From an uncultured bacterium (GTDB lineage: Bacteria; Hydrothermota; Tepidihabitantia; Tepidihabitantales; Tepidihabitantaceae): a stretch of DNA of 64,000 bases. Positions within the stretch are counted from its first letter, which is position 1. Every line of letters starts with the position of its first letter. Both the position numbers and the translations under genes were made by a program. Below are positions 17,825-27,349 of the stretch, piece after piece. Below the pieces are notes generated by a model. That model did not search any database, had not been told where the DNA came from, and saw only the letters and a program-made list of their open reading frames with translations. The stretch lies in NCBI GenBank assembly GCA_964412225.1, contig CAYPNB010000003.1, positions 58,971-122,970 on the forward strand, in the 5' to 3' direction.

Positions 17825-19027
17825 TTATTCCGGACGGAGCGCGATATTTAGTGCCAGACCGACCATCATTGTTGCAACAACAAGAGAGGAACCTCCGTAG
17901 CTGATAAATGGGAGCGGGATACCGGTGACAGGCAGGAGACCGAGTAGCATTCCGATATTAACAAACATCTGATAGCCGATGATGGCGGCGAAGCCGACGC
18001 AGATAAGCGCACCCTGCTGGTCACGGCTGCGATAGGCAATGGTAAGAAAACGGTAAATGAGAATTCCAAAAAGGGCCAGGAGAATTAGTCCTCCGATGAG
18101 CCCGGTCTCTTCGGCAATAGAAGAAAAGATAAAGTCGGTGTGGCGGTTGGGCAGGAAACCAAGTCGCTTCTGGGTGCCGTGGAGAAACCCTTTGCCGAAA
18201 ATCCTTCCCGAACCAATGGCAATCTGAGACTGGATGGCATTCCAGCCCATTCCATGAGGATCAAACCAGGGGGCAAAAAAACTGAATAATCTTGCCCGCT
18301 GGTAGTCTTTGAGCATTGACAGCACAATAGGGGAGAGGAGGCCGAATACCGAACCGGTGGCGAGGGCCAGAACCGCCCGCAAGATTCGCATCCGGAGAAA
18401 TACCACTATCGCCAAAATAACAAAAAAGGGAACCCAGAGATAAAAGGAAAATCCTGCAGTAAAAGAGATAAAGGGCATGAAGAGCAAAAAGATATGGAGG
18501 GGACGCAGTCCCTGCCAGTAAAGCATGGCGGCAAATGGTGGTACCAGACAGAGCGATGTGCTTAAGTCTGGTTCCAGAAGAATAAGGGTGAACGGCAGAA
18601 GAATGAGCAAAGCAGGACCAGCGACGGTGGAAAAGTTAAAATCAAGTTGAGGGATACCTCCAGTTTTATTCAACGACCGTTTGTAACTGATGTATTTGGC
18701 GAGCATTATAACGGTGGCAAGTTTGGCAAATTCGGACGGTTGGAAAGAAAATGCTCCCAAATTAAACCAACGTCTGGCACCCGGACCAGTTCCAAAGAGA
18801 GCAACGGCAACAAGTAAAATAAGTGTGATGGTGTAAATCACTTCGGTTAAACCATAGAGAATCCGACGGGGGATAAACATAGTCCCCACAAGGCCGGCGA
18901 GTGCTATCGGTGTCCAGAAAATCTGGCGGAGAAAGTGCCGGCTTTCGCCCGCGGAGTAGATAGCAGCAAGCCCGATAGCAATTAAAACCACAGTAACGAT
19001 AAGAAGGGGAAGATCGAGTCTTTTCAT
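17825..19027 (-). CDS. rodA: Rod shape-determining SEDS protein RodA
   Basis: GARRWF, FQPSEFAK, EPDLST, HTDFIFS, PLPFISYGGSS. Confidence 0.95.
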   Translation of the reverse strand: MKRLDLPLLIVTVVLIAIGLAAIYSAGESRHFLRQIFWTPIALAGLVGTMFIPRRILYGLTEVIYTITLILLVAVALFGTGPGARRWFNLGAFSFQPSEFAKLATVIMLAKYISYKRSLNKTGGIPQLDFNFSTVAGPALLILLPFTLILLEPDLSTSLCLVPPFAAMLYWQGLRPLHIFLLFMPFISFTAGFSFYLWVPFFVILAIVVFLRMRILRAVLALATGSVFGLLSPIVLSMLKDYQRARLFSFFAPWFDPHGMGWNAIQSQIAIGSGRIFGKGFLHGTQKRLGFLPNRHTDFIFSSIAEETGLIGGLILLALFGILIYRFLTIAYRSRDQQGALICVGFAAIIGYQMFVNIGMLLGLLPVTGIPLPFISYGGSSLVVATMMVGLALNIALRPE

Positions 19028-20745
19028 TCTAATGAAAAGTAACTCCGAATGAGTTTACCAACAATTGGTGCTGCTACGGCACCGCCATGTCCGGCATTTT
19101 CTATCAAAACCGCAAATACCACCTCAGGTTTATCGGCTGGAGCATAACCGACAAACCAGGCGTGGTCAGGCCGGGGAGGATTCTGCGCGGTGCCGGTTTT
19201 CCCGGCAATCGTAATTTCTCCGAGGTGCGCCGCTCGGCCAGTGCCGTATTCCACAACCCGGGTAAGTGCCTTTTTTATCTGATTCAGGTGTTCCGGATTC
19301 AGTTTAACTGTGGAAGCTACTGGTTGAACTAATTTATTCCGGATTCCGGCTGAATCAAGCCGGAAGACCAAAAATGGGTGAAAATAAACACCGTTGTTGG
19401 CGATGATGGCGTAAGTTAAAGCAAGTTGAAGGGGAGTGAGAAGAATCTCCCCCTGTCCGATGGCGAAGTTGAGCAGGACACCGCGGGTCCATTTGCCCTT
19501 ACCATAGCGTCGGTCAAGGAAATCTCGGGACGGTATATTGCCGGATATCTCACCAGGAATATCAATACCGGTATGCTGGCCAAGTCTGAACCGCTGGCAA
19601 AAAGCCCCAAGACTGTCCAGATTTAACTTCATCCCCAACTGATAAAAGTAAACATTGCAGGATTGTTCAATTGCGCCCAGCAGGTTAAGCCGACCGTGTG
19701 TGGACCAGCATTTAAATGTACGGTTACCGTAGCGCAAGGACCCGGTGCAGGGCGAAAAATAGGATTGAGGGGTTATTAGATTTTCTTTGAGGGCGGCAAG
19801 GGCAACAAGCGGTTTAAAGGTACTTCCAGGAGGATAGGCACAGCCAATCACCCGATTGAGAAATGGTTTCGCCGGGTTGTTTGTCAGGGCCCGCCAGGTT
19901 GCTGGTTTAATCGGGGAAAGGAAAAGATTGGGGTCAAAGCCGGGACGGGAAAACAAACACAGGACGGCGCCGGTTTTAAGTTCCAATCCGATCACCGCCA
20001 CCCGCTCATAGCCCCGGGTGAGTTCTTCGGCCAGAGATTGAAGGCGATGGTCAATTGTTAAATACAGATCCTTACCAGGAACCGGTGGCTCCGGTCTTTT
20101 TTCCGGAAGCGGCCCGATTTCCCTACCCCGGACATCAACTTCAACGAACTGATACCCGTCTTTACCCCGAAGGTGTTTTTCATAACTGGCTTCAATCCCG
20201 GTTCTGCCAATAAAGTCCGTCCGACGGTAAGTTGTGTCCTGCGCGAGTTCTTCATTATTGACTTCACCCAGATGACCGATTACATGAGCATAGAGTTCAC
20301 CATAAGGGTAAGTTCGTACCGGTTCAATCCGTACGAGGACACCGGGAAGACGAAAGTTGTTTTCTTCTATCCGGGCAACGGTAGCAAAGTCAGCATTGCG
20401 ATAGATGTTTATCGGAGAAGGGAATGCAGCAATAGGCTCAAGACGGCGCCGGAGTTCATCAAGTGGTTGATTTATAATCCGGGCAAGAAGGGCAAGGGCG
20501 GTATCATTGGTTTCGGTGGGAATAACCGCAATTGTAAACGAGGGACGGGAATCGGCGATAATCGTACCGTTGCGGTCAAAAATTCTACCTCGGGGAGCAG
20601 GCAGAACGATTTTCCGGATGCGGTTGCGATCGCTTAACCGGGTATAACGGGCGCCCTGAACAACCTGAAGATAAAACAGTCGCAAAGCAAGAATAAGGAG
20701 CAGGAACAGGGTTATCTCGGTGAGTCGTTTTAAGCGCGTTTTCAT
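19024..20745 (-). CDS. mrdA: Penicillin-binding protein 2
   Basis: APRGRIFDRNG, PPGSTFK (SxxK), SCNVYFY (SxN), GKTGTAQ. Confidence 0.95.
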   Translation of the reverse strand: MKTRLKRLTEITLFLLLILALRLFYLQVVQGARYTRLSDRNRIRKIVLPAPRGRIFDRNGTIIADSRPSFTIAVIPTETNDTALALLARIINQPLDELRRRLEPIAAFPSPINIYRNADFATVARIEENNFRLPGVLVRIEPVRTYPYGELYAHVIGHLGEVNNEELAQDTTYRRTDFIGRTGIEASYEKHLRGKDGYQFVEVDVRGREIGPLPEKRPEPPVPGKDLYLTIDHRLQSLAEELTRGYERVAVIGLELKTGAVLCLFSRPGFDPNLFLSPIKPATWRALTNNPAKPFLNRVIGCAYPPGSTFKPLVALAALKENLITPQSYFSPCTGSLRYGNRTFKCWSTHGRLNLLGAIEQSCNVYFYQLGMKLNLDSLGAFCQRFRLGQHTGIDIPGEISGNIPSRDFLDRRYGKGKWTRGVLLNFAIGQGEILLTPLQLALTYAIIANNGVYFHPFLVFRLDSAGIRNKLVQPVASTVKLNPEHLNQIKKALTRVVEYGTGRAAHLGEITIAGKTGTAQNPPRPDHAWFVGYAPADKPEVVFAVLIENAGHGGAVAAPIVGKLIRSYFSLE

Positions 20746-21185
20746 TTTGTCCCTTTTCGATAGAACAGAGGCACAAGTACCGGATCAATAAATGGACTTA
20801 AGACAAGAGTAAGAACGAATGAAATCAGGATGGATAACCCGGTTAACATGCCCCCTCCGAAAACCAGCGGCACACCGGTTTTTAGGACCAGGGCGAACAA
20901 GGCAAAAAGAATATTATGCCAGCGGGTACGATAGAAAAGGTTGCGAATCAGCGCAATGGTGTAGGCGGTAACGCCCAGGGTAATGGTGTGAGCGCCAAAG
21001 GTTACCGGGGCAACAAGGTCAAGACAGAATCCGGCAAAGACACCGAGAAGGGCGGCGATGAGTCGGTTTTCGTGTAGGGCAAAAAAAATCAGGACGAGGA
21101 CAATAAGATCTGGTCCGATCGGGATGAGCGCTATCTGAATAACAAAAATGAGGTAGATGAATAGAAAGGCAAAAAGTTGCCGCAT
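20742..21185 (-). CDS. mreD: Rod shape-determining protein MreD
   Basis: Hydrophobic; PDLIVLV, GFCLDL; lies between mreC and mrdA. Confidence 0.85.
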   Translation of the reverse strand: MRQLFAFLFIYLIFVIQIALIPIGPDLIVLVLIFFALHENRLIAALLGVFAGFCLDLVAPVTFGAHTITLGVTAYTIALIRNLFYRTRWHNILFALFALVLKTGVPLVFGGGMLTGLSILISFVLTLVLSPFIDPVLVPLFYRKGTK

Positions 21186-22015
21186 TATTCCGGGACGGTG
21201 ATTTCTACGGGGTTGAGGTTATCCAGCCAATCCTGACGGAATAAAGCGGGGAGGCTTTCAGGAACTCGCAGAATAAACACCTGTTCTAAACGACCAATAT
21301 CGGCAAATGGTTGGACAAAAATTGGCCTAAACAGTGCATCGGATTGGTCATCTGTTCGGACCACATAGCCAACCTTAAGTCCTTTCGGAAACACGCCGCC
21401 CAGACCGCTGGTTATGATGGAGTCACCGGGTTGAAAATCGGCATTTTTAGCCGTATAATCAAGCAAAAGCATACCATCTGGACCGGGACGGGCAAGCGCC
21501 AGATCCCGGGAGCGAATACTGGTTACCACCATCCGGAAATCGGGTTCAAATAGAGTCTGAACTAGCGCCTGGTTAAAAGTGGTGGCGATTACCCGACCGA
21601 CAACGCCATCGGGAACCAGGGCTACCGCTCCGTTATGGACACCGTCACGGGTTCCCCGGCTGATGATAAGATATCTTCTCAGGGTAGTAATATCACGGGC
21701 GATAATCGGTGCCCGGATAAGCGATAAAAAGGACGGCGAAACTGCAACTTCCTGAGTCCGGACAAGGAAGTTGAGCCGGGCGTTTTCTAATGCCAGTTCT
21801 GCCGCGATCTGGGAAAGCCGGATTTTTTCCCGGTTAGTGGTAATGATGGTGGAACGTACCGCAGCGATACCCCGAATAGGCAAAAGTAAACCGGTTGCGG
21901 GCAACTGGGTGATTTTTAATTTCACCTGCCGGGGTAAAAGGGCGCAAACCAGCGCGCCGGCTAAAATTGACCAGATAAAACGGTCTTGCCAGTTACCGAA
22001 TCTTTTCTGGGGCAT
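21185..22015 (-). CDS. mreC: Rod shape-determining protein MreC
   Basis: LALENARL, ISRGTRDGV, GVVGRV, ITSGLGGVFPKGLKVG. Confidence 0.9.
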   Translation of the reverse strand: MPQKRFGNWQDRFIWSILAGALVCALLPRQVKLKITQLPATGLLLPIRGIAAVRSTIITTNREKIRLSQIAAELALENARLNFLVRTQEVAVSPSFLSLIRAPIIARDITTLRRYLIISRGTRDGVHNGAVALVPDGVVGRVIATTFNQALVQTLFEPDFRMVVTSIRSRDLALARPGPDGMLLLDYTAKNADFQPGDSIITSGLGGVFPKGLKVGYVVRTDDQSDALFRPIFVQPFADIGRLEQVFILRVPESLPALFRQDWLDNLNPVEITVPE

Positions 22016-22047
22016 TTACCGATCTTGGGAGCGTCTTTCATTCCCTT

Positions 22048-23091
22048 CTATTTGGTGCGGAGAATCAACTTCTCGTTCCCACCGATGTTTTCCAGAATTC
22101 TGCCGGCGCCCCGGACTACGCTCTCAATGGGATTTTCAGCGACATATACCGGCAAGTTGGTTTCTTCTTTTACCAACAGATCAAGTCCCCGCAGAAGGGC
22201 GCCGCCACCACACATATAAATTCCACGGTCTACGATATCAGCCGCCAGTTCTGGCGGTGTCTTCTCTAATGCCAGACGGACCGCATCAACAATCAGAGAA
22301 ACCGGTTCTTCAAGTGATTCCCGGACTTTAGTGGATGTTATTCGGATAGTTTTGGGAATACCGGAAACCAGGTCTCTGCCTTTTACTTCCATTGTTTCTT
22401 CAGCACCGGTGGCATAAGCAGAACCGATGGCAATTTTGATGTTTTCCGCAGTTTGTTCCCCGATAATGAGATTATAGTTCTTCTTTATGTAGTTGATTAT
22501 CGCATCGTCCATTTCATCGCCTGCTACTCGGATTGATGCAGCGTTCACCACCCCGGAGAGTGCCACAACCGCAATTTCGGTTGTCCCACCACCGATATCA
22601 ATCACCATGTTGCCGGTCGGGGCGTCGACCGGGAGTCCTACTCCGATTGCTGCGGCAATCGGTTCTGATACCAGGTAGATTTCCCGGGCACCGGATGCCT
22701 CAACCGAATCCCGTACCGCCCGCTTTTCTACCTCAGTGATTCCCGATGGTACGCAGACAATAACCCGGGGCCGGACAAACAGTTTTTTCCGCTGGACCAT
22801 CCCGATGAAAGTTTTGAGCATTATTTCCACCATTCCGAAGTCGGCGATAACGCCGTCCTTCATCGGGCGAACCGCCTTGATTCCTTCTGGGGTTCTGCCT
22901 AGCATTCTTTTTGCTTCTGTTCCAACGGCCACCACCTCGTGGGTTATCTCATCAACAGCAACAATAGACGGCTCACGGAGTTGAATGCCTTTACCGCGAA
23001 CATAAATCAAAGTTGAAGAGGTCCCGAGGTCAATGGCGATGTCGTTGACGAACCGCTCAGTAATGCTCCGGAAAAAAGTGTTAATACTCAC
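22048..23091 (-). CDS. mreB: Rod shape-determining actin MreB
   Basis: AIDLGT, RPMKDGVIADF, DIGGGTTEIA, CGGGALLRGL. Confidence 0.97.
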   Translation of the reverse strand: MSINTFFRSITERFVNDIAIDLGTSSTLIYVRGKGIQLREPSIVAVDEITHEVVAVGTEAKRMLGRTPEGIKAVRPMKDGVIADFGMVEIMLKTFIGMVQRKKLFVRPRVIVCVPSGITEVEKRAVRDSVEASGAREIYLVSEPIAAAIGVGLPVDAPTGNMVIDIGGGTTEIAVVALSGVVNAASIRVAGDEMDDAIINYIKKNYNLIIGEQTAENIKIAIGSAYATGAEETMEVKGRDLVSGIPKTIRITSTKVRESLEEPVSLIVDAVRLALEKTPPELAADIVDRGIYMCGGGALLRGLDLLVKEETNLPVYVAENPIESVVRGAGRILENIGGNEKLILRTK

Positions 23092-23096
23092 CTCAT

Positions 23097-23125
23097 AGCC
23101 TAATCTAAACGGTCTCGTAAGTCAA
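23097..23125 (-). promoter_or_regulatory. sigma70-type promoter (leaderless) of the mre operon
   Basis: TTGACT-N17-TAGGCT, 5 nt to GTG 23091. Confidence 0.6.
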
Positions 23126-23187
23126 GTTTATTCTCTTTTACCGGTAAATGATGGGGTTAAATGCAACACGAAACCTTAACCGTTTTC

Positions 23188-23215
23188 TTGACTCAGGGTT
23201 TGGCTTTTTTATAAT
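23188..23215 (+). promoter_or_regulatory. sigma70-type promoter of the ferredoxin-sppA operon
   Basis: TTGACT-N16-TATAAT, 19 nt to ATG 23235. Confidence 0.85.
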
Positions 23216-23234
23216 CGAAAAGCTTTTAAAGGTT

Positions 23235-23747
23235 ATGGCACTAAAACGCTATCAACGAACCGGGGTGCTGCAAAAGGCGGATTTGCGGCCTGGCTGTTTT
23301 TTGCCATCAAGTGAGCGTTTGAAAGCCGGACCAGTGGTAGTTGTGGAATGTGTGGAAAATATTCCCTGTAATCCCTGTGCTTATGCCTGCCCCCGGAAGG
23401 CAATTACTGTAGCCAATCTGACGGCGACGCCACAAGTTGATTTTTCCCGTTGTAACGGTTGTGGTTTATGTGTTGCCCGATGTCCGGGACTGGCGATATT
23501 CGTGATAAATTTAACCTATTCCCCCAAAGAAGCTACCGTTACGATGCCTTATGAGTTGCTTCCGGTCCCCGAGCCAGGTGAATCGGTTATCGGTCTTAAT
23601 CGTGAGGGGAAACGAATATGCAGTGCCCGGGTGGTAAAAGTGCTAAATACTAGAGTGCAGAACCACTGTGCGGTAGTAACGGTAGCTGTCCCCAGGCGTT
23701 TCTGGAATGATGTTCGGGCAATTAAACTGAACAGAGGAAAGCGATGA
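23235..23747 (+). CDS. 2x[4Fe-4S] ferredoxin-like subunit (gamma-type subunit of proline/sarcosine dehydrogenase complexes)
   Basis: ECVENIPCNPCAYACP and CNGCGLCVARCPG. Start placed downstream of the promoter. Confidence 0.85.
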   Translation: MALKRYQRTGVLQKADLRPGCFLPSSERLKAGPVVVVECVENIPCNPCAYACPRKAITVANLTATPQVDFSRCNGCGLCVARCPGLAIFVINLTYSPKEATVTMPYELLPVPEPGESVIGLNREGKRICSARVVKVLNTRVQNHCAVVTVAVPRRFWNDVRAIKLNRGKR

Positions 23748-25945
23748 TGCCAGTTTTATTTGCCAGCATTTTGTTGGGAATGACACCCCAGTTACCCCTG
23801 TCAATTGCTACCACCGACAAGGCTCTGGCAGTGTTTGCCAATCCCGCTGGTTTAGGAACCAATCGGGGCTGGGAACTGAATTGCTTTTATAACTTTCAAC
23901 GGCGGCAACTCCTTGATAACAGTACCCTTGTTTTTGCTGCCGGTCCAATGGGTGTTTTTATTGAACCCAGGCCATTGCGTTTTGGTGGCGGAGCGGGAAT
24001 AAAACAGGACAATCTTTTTTTCGGCATCCGGTTTATTCGAGACAGTATCAATTACTGGGATGTGGGTACGCTTTTCCGTCCGGCAAAATGGCTTTCCTTG
24101 GGAATACTCTGGCAGAATTTAAATCGTAACGGCGGCCGATTGAGTGCGGGCGCCGGTTTAAGACCTTTTGGTAACCGATTCACCGTTTTTGCCGAAAGTT
24201 ACTTTAGTCCAATAGAACCATTTTTAGGGTTCCAGGTGGAACCGATTGCCGGGATTAGTATTTCCGGAAGGGTAAAGGTTCGTCAGATTAAAGAAGCACA
24301 GTTTGTTGCCGGAATGGCCATCAATCTAGGAAGGATCGGTTTCGGGATCGTTAGCTCACCCCGGTTACGCGAGGCGGGAGGACAATTGCGGATAACTCAG
24401 GAATGGCAACGCTCAGTTATACCACCCATGCCCCGCTACTTGGAAGTAAAAATTGCCGAGCCGGTTGTAGACCAGAAACCCGGTTTCAGCCTAACCGGAG
24501 GATCTAAATTCCGTTTAACCTATCACTTACTTGATTTGTTGAAAAAAGCCAAGGCCGACCCTGCTATTACCGGCATCGTTGTGAAACTGGAAGACGAGGG
24601 GTTGGGTTTTGCTCAGGCACAGGAGCTTCGCGATGGTATACTTGATTTCCGGCAATCCGGGAAACGACTGTGGGTTTACGCTGCTGACCTCGGAATGACG
24701 GGATTTTACCTCGCCTCAGCCGCAGACCGAATTGTGCTTCATCCTCTGGGTGGCGTAGTTATTCCCGGCGTCGCCGTCCAAACAATTTTTCTCAAAGGAA
24801 CTCTTGATAAGCTGGGGGTAAAACCCGAAGTCTATCGCTATGGGAAATACAAGAGTGCCGTAGAAACATTCACCGAAGAATCACTGAGTGATGCCAACCG
24901 GGAACAGCTCCAGGCGTTGGTTAACGGTATTTACGATGAGTTCATCAGCGCTGTGGGCTCCGGCAGAAACATCAGCAGTGCCGATATGGACAGTCTGGTG
25001 GGCAGAGCTTTTTTCCGTGCCGATGAGGCGCAAAGAGCAGGTTTGATTGACATTGTCTGCTATGAAGACGAACTGGATTCCATTTTGAAGAAGGAATTTA
25101 AAGGGGGACGGAAAACCCCCGAAAGGTGGTTAGTTGCTAAAAAGGAGTTTTCTGACCGTTGGGATGAGCCTCTGGAAATTGCTGTGCTATATGCCTCCGG
25201 GAGTATTATTCAGGGAGAATCCGGGACCGATTTTTTTACCGGCGAACAGCGGTTGGGGGCAACCACCCTCTGTGAGCTCATCAGAAGGGTACGGGATAAC
25301 AAGAAAGTGAAGGGGGTAGTCCTGAGGGTTAATTCTTCTGGCGGCGACGGTTTTGCTTCTGACCTCATCTGGCGGGAACTGGAACTGCTCAAAAAGAAGA
25401 AACCCTTGATAGTATCAATGGGGGCAATGGCAGCATCGGGTGGCTATTACATTTCCTGTGGTGCCGATCAAATATTTGCCCAGCCGACAACAATTACTGG
25501 CTCTATCGGGGTCTTTGACCTCCGTTTGATTACCGAGGGACTTTACAATAAGTTAGGAATGCGGCGTCAGACAGTAAAACGGGGAGAACACGCCGACGCC
25601 CTTTTAAACACACGAGATTTGAATCCGGTTGAGGATTCAATTTTTCAAAATCAGGTTGAGTGGTTCTACCAGCAGTTTGTAGAAAAGGTGGCAAAAGGAC
25701 GAAATCTTTCATCCCTGCAAGTGGATTCGGCTGGACAGGGAAGGGTGTGGCTGGGACGAGATGCCTACAGGTTACGGCTAGTAGATTCTCTCGGCGGGTT
25801 GTTGCCAGCAATTGATTACTGCCAAAAGCAGGCCAGACTGAAGGGGGATTATCGTCTGGTTTTTTACCCTCAACCCAAATCCGACTGGAGCGCCGTTCTG
25901 TCTAAACTGTTGTCCGGGGTATTGTTTGATTTTCTGAGACGATGA
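23744..25945 (+). CDS. sppA: Signal peptide peptidase SppA (tandem S49 domains) with N-terminal NPAGL beta-barrel-like domain
   Basis: YGKYKSAVE (Lys), LRVNSSGG, SMGAMAASGGYY (Ser), GRVWLG. About 220-aa N-terminal extension with AVFANPAGL and alternating strands. Confidence 0.9.
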   Translation: MMPVLFASILLGMTPQLPLSIATTDKALAVFANPAGLGTNRGWELNCFYNFQRRQLLDNSTLVFAAGPMGVFIEPRPLRFGGGAGIKQDNLFFGIRFIRDSINYWDVGTLFRPAKWLSLGILWQNLNRNGGRLSAGAGLRPFGNRFTVFAESYFSPIEPFLGFQVEPIAGISISGRVKVRQIKEAQFVAGMAINLGRIGFGIVSSPRLREAGGQLRITQEWQRSVIPPMPRYLEVKIAEPVVDQKPGFSLTGGSKFRLTYHLLDLLKKAKADPAITGIVVKLEDEGLGFAQAQELRDGILDFRQSGKRLWVYAADLGMTGFYLASAADRIVLHPLGGVVIPGVAVQTIFLKGTLDKLGVKPEVYRYGKYKSAVETFTEESLSDANREQLQALVNGIYDEFISAVGSGRNISSADMDSLVGRAFFRADEAQRAGLIDIVCYEDELDSILKKEFKGGRKTPERWLVAKKEFSDRWDEPLEIAVLYASGSIIQGESGTDFFTGEQRLGATTLCELIRRVRDNKKVKGVVLRVNSSGGDGFASDLIWRELELLKKKKPLIVSMGAMAASGGYYISCGADQIFAQPTTITGSIGVFDLRLITEGLYNKLGMRRQTVKRGEHADALLNTRDLNPVEDSIFQNQVEWFYQQFVEKVAKGRNLSSLQVDSAGQGRVWLGRDAYRLRLVDSLGGLLPAIDYCQKQARLKGDYRLVFYPQPKSDWSAVLSKLLSGVLFDFLRR

Positions 25946-26232
25946 GACCTTCAAAACGGAAGGTAATTATCTGTCGTTGTGAAGAGGTCACCGAGGCAGA
26001 AGTACGAGCGGTTATCCGAGCCGGGTATCATTCCTTAGAAGAAATAAAGCGAATACTCAGAACCGGTATGGGGCATTGTGGGGGAAGGGGTTGTTTGAAA
26101 GTAATCGCCCGTTTGATTGAAGAAGAAACCGGTATCCCTGTCGCTGCCCAGAGATTTCCTCCATCAAGACCGCCATTAAAGCCGTTGCCATTAGGTCTGC
26201 TTGCTGCTTATGAAAAACCAGAAAACCGCTGA
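25942..26232 (+). CDS. BFD-like [2Fe-2S]-binding protein
   Basis: ICRCEEVT, RTGMGHCGGRGC, RPPLKPLPL. Confidence 0.88.
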   Translation: MRPSKRKVIICRCEEVTEAEVRAVIRAGYHSLEEIKRILRTGMGHCGGRGCLKVIARLIEEETGIPVAAQRFPPSRPPLKPLPLGLLAAYEKPENR

Positions 26233-27349
26233 TGTGGTAATAATTGGGGCCGGTATCATCGGTGCTGCCACCGGTTATTATCTTGCCAAACGGGGATGTA
26301 AGGTTATTGTAATGGAAAAACGGTTTCCCTGTTTTGGTTCCACCGGTCGGTGTATTGGGGGTATCAGGGCGCAGTTCAGTCACGATTTAACTATCAGAAT
26401 AATGTTGAAGAGCATCGCGATGTTTCAGACACTGGACCGAGAGCTGAGAGAAGACATTGAATGGTATGCCGGAGGGTATCTGTTTCTGGCTTTTGATGAA
26501 CAAAGAAAAAAATCATTCCTTCAGGCAATAGCAATCCAGAGGAAATATGGATTAAATGTTACTTTTGTCTCTCCAGACGAGTGCTGTCGAATTGTGCCGG
26601 GGTTAAACCCGGAAGGGTTAATCGGCGGCGCGTGGTGTCCTACTGACGGTCAGGCAAATCCGTTTAAGGTAACTTATGGTTACCTAAACGGAATAAAACG
26701 TTTTGGTGGTAAACTGCTGGTAAACACAGAGGCGGTGAAAATAAATACCGAAAGAGACCGGGTTGTTTCGGTGGTTACCGACAATGGGGAGGAGATTTCT
26801 ACTCCGACAGTTCTGAACGCGGCTGGCCCTTGGGTAAAGGAGGTGGGTGCATTGGTCGGCGTGGAGATACCGGTTTACCCTGATCGCCACGAGGCACTGG
26901 TGACCGAAGCAGTGGAGCGGTGTTTGGAACCAATGCTTGTGGATTATCGTCCGGATGGCTGTTATTTTGTTCAGCATTACGGAACCGGACATTTCATCGG
27001 CTGTTATACGCCGGTGCCGATTGTTCCAGGAGACCGGGTTGATGCGTCGGATGAGTTTATTACCGAAATGCCACGTAGGATGGTCAGACTTCTGCCTAAA
27101 TTAGGCGAAGTTAAGGTGCTCCGTCACTGGGCTGGTTCGTACGAAATGAGTCCGGACGGTAATCCTATTTGTGGCAAAACGCCGGTTGATGGTTTTTATG
27201 TTGCGGGAGGAATGAGCGGACACGGATTTATGTTCGGTCCAGCGATCGGTGAATTGATGGCAGAATTGATAATCACTGGAAAATCATCAATTGACATTAG
27301 CGAATTTAGTCTTGAACGAGATTGGACAAAAGCAGAGGCAATGAAATGA
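26210..27349 (+). CDS. FAD-dependent oxidoreductase, DAO/SoxB/proline dehydrogenase beta-subunit family
   Basis: IIGAGIIG, STGRCIGGIRAQF, DGQANP, GMSGHGFMFGPAIG. Confidence 0.9.
   Translation: MKNQKTADVVIIGAGIIGAATGYYLAKRGCKVIVMEKRFPCFGSTGRCIGGIRAQFSHDLTIRIMLKSIAMFQTLDRELREDIEWYAGGYLFLAFDEQRKKSFLQAIAIQRKYGLNVTFVSPDECCRIVPGLNPEGLIGGAWCPTDGQANPFKVTYGYLNGIKRFGGKLLVNTEAVKINTERDRVVSVVTDNGEEISTPTVLNAAGPWVKEVGALVGVEIPVYPDRHEALVTEAVERCLEPMLVDYRPDGCYFVQHYGTGHFIGCYTPVPIVPGDRVDASDEFITEMPRRMVRLLPKLGEVKVLRHWAGSYEMSPDGNPICGKTPVDGFYVAGGMSGHGFMFGPAIGELMAELIITGKSSIDISEFSLERDWTKAEAMK

Noticed and set aside
23148-23234. N-terminal extension of the ferredoxin; similar track extensions at 7711, 30545, 41882 and 45215
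   Set aside because: These upstream starts lie within or before the promoter motifs and could not be on the mRNA.
25942-27349. Selenocysteine or stop-codon readthrough at TGA junctions in the redox operon
   Set aside because: The stops fall at the natural ends of the domains, the next genes are in other frames (ATGA coupling), and I saw no SECIS-like hairpin.
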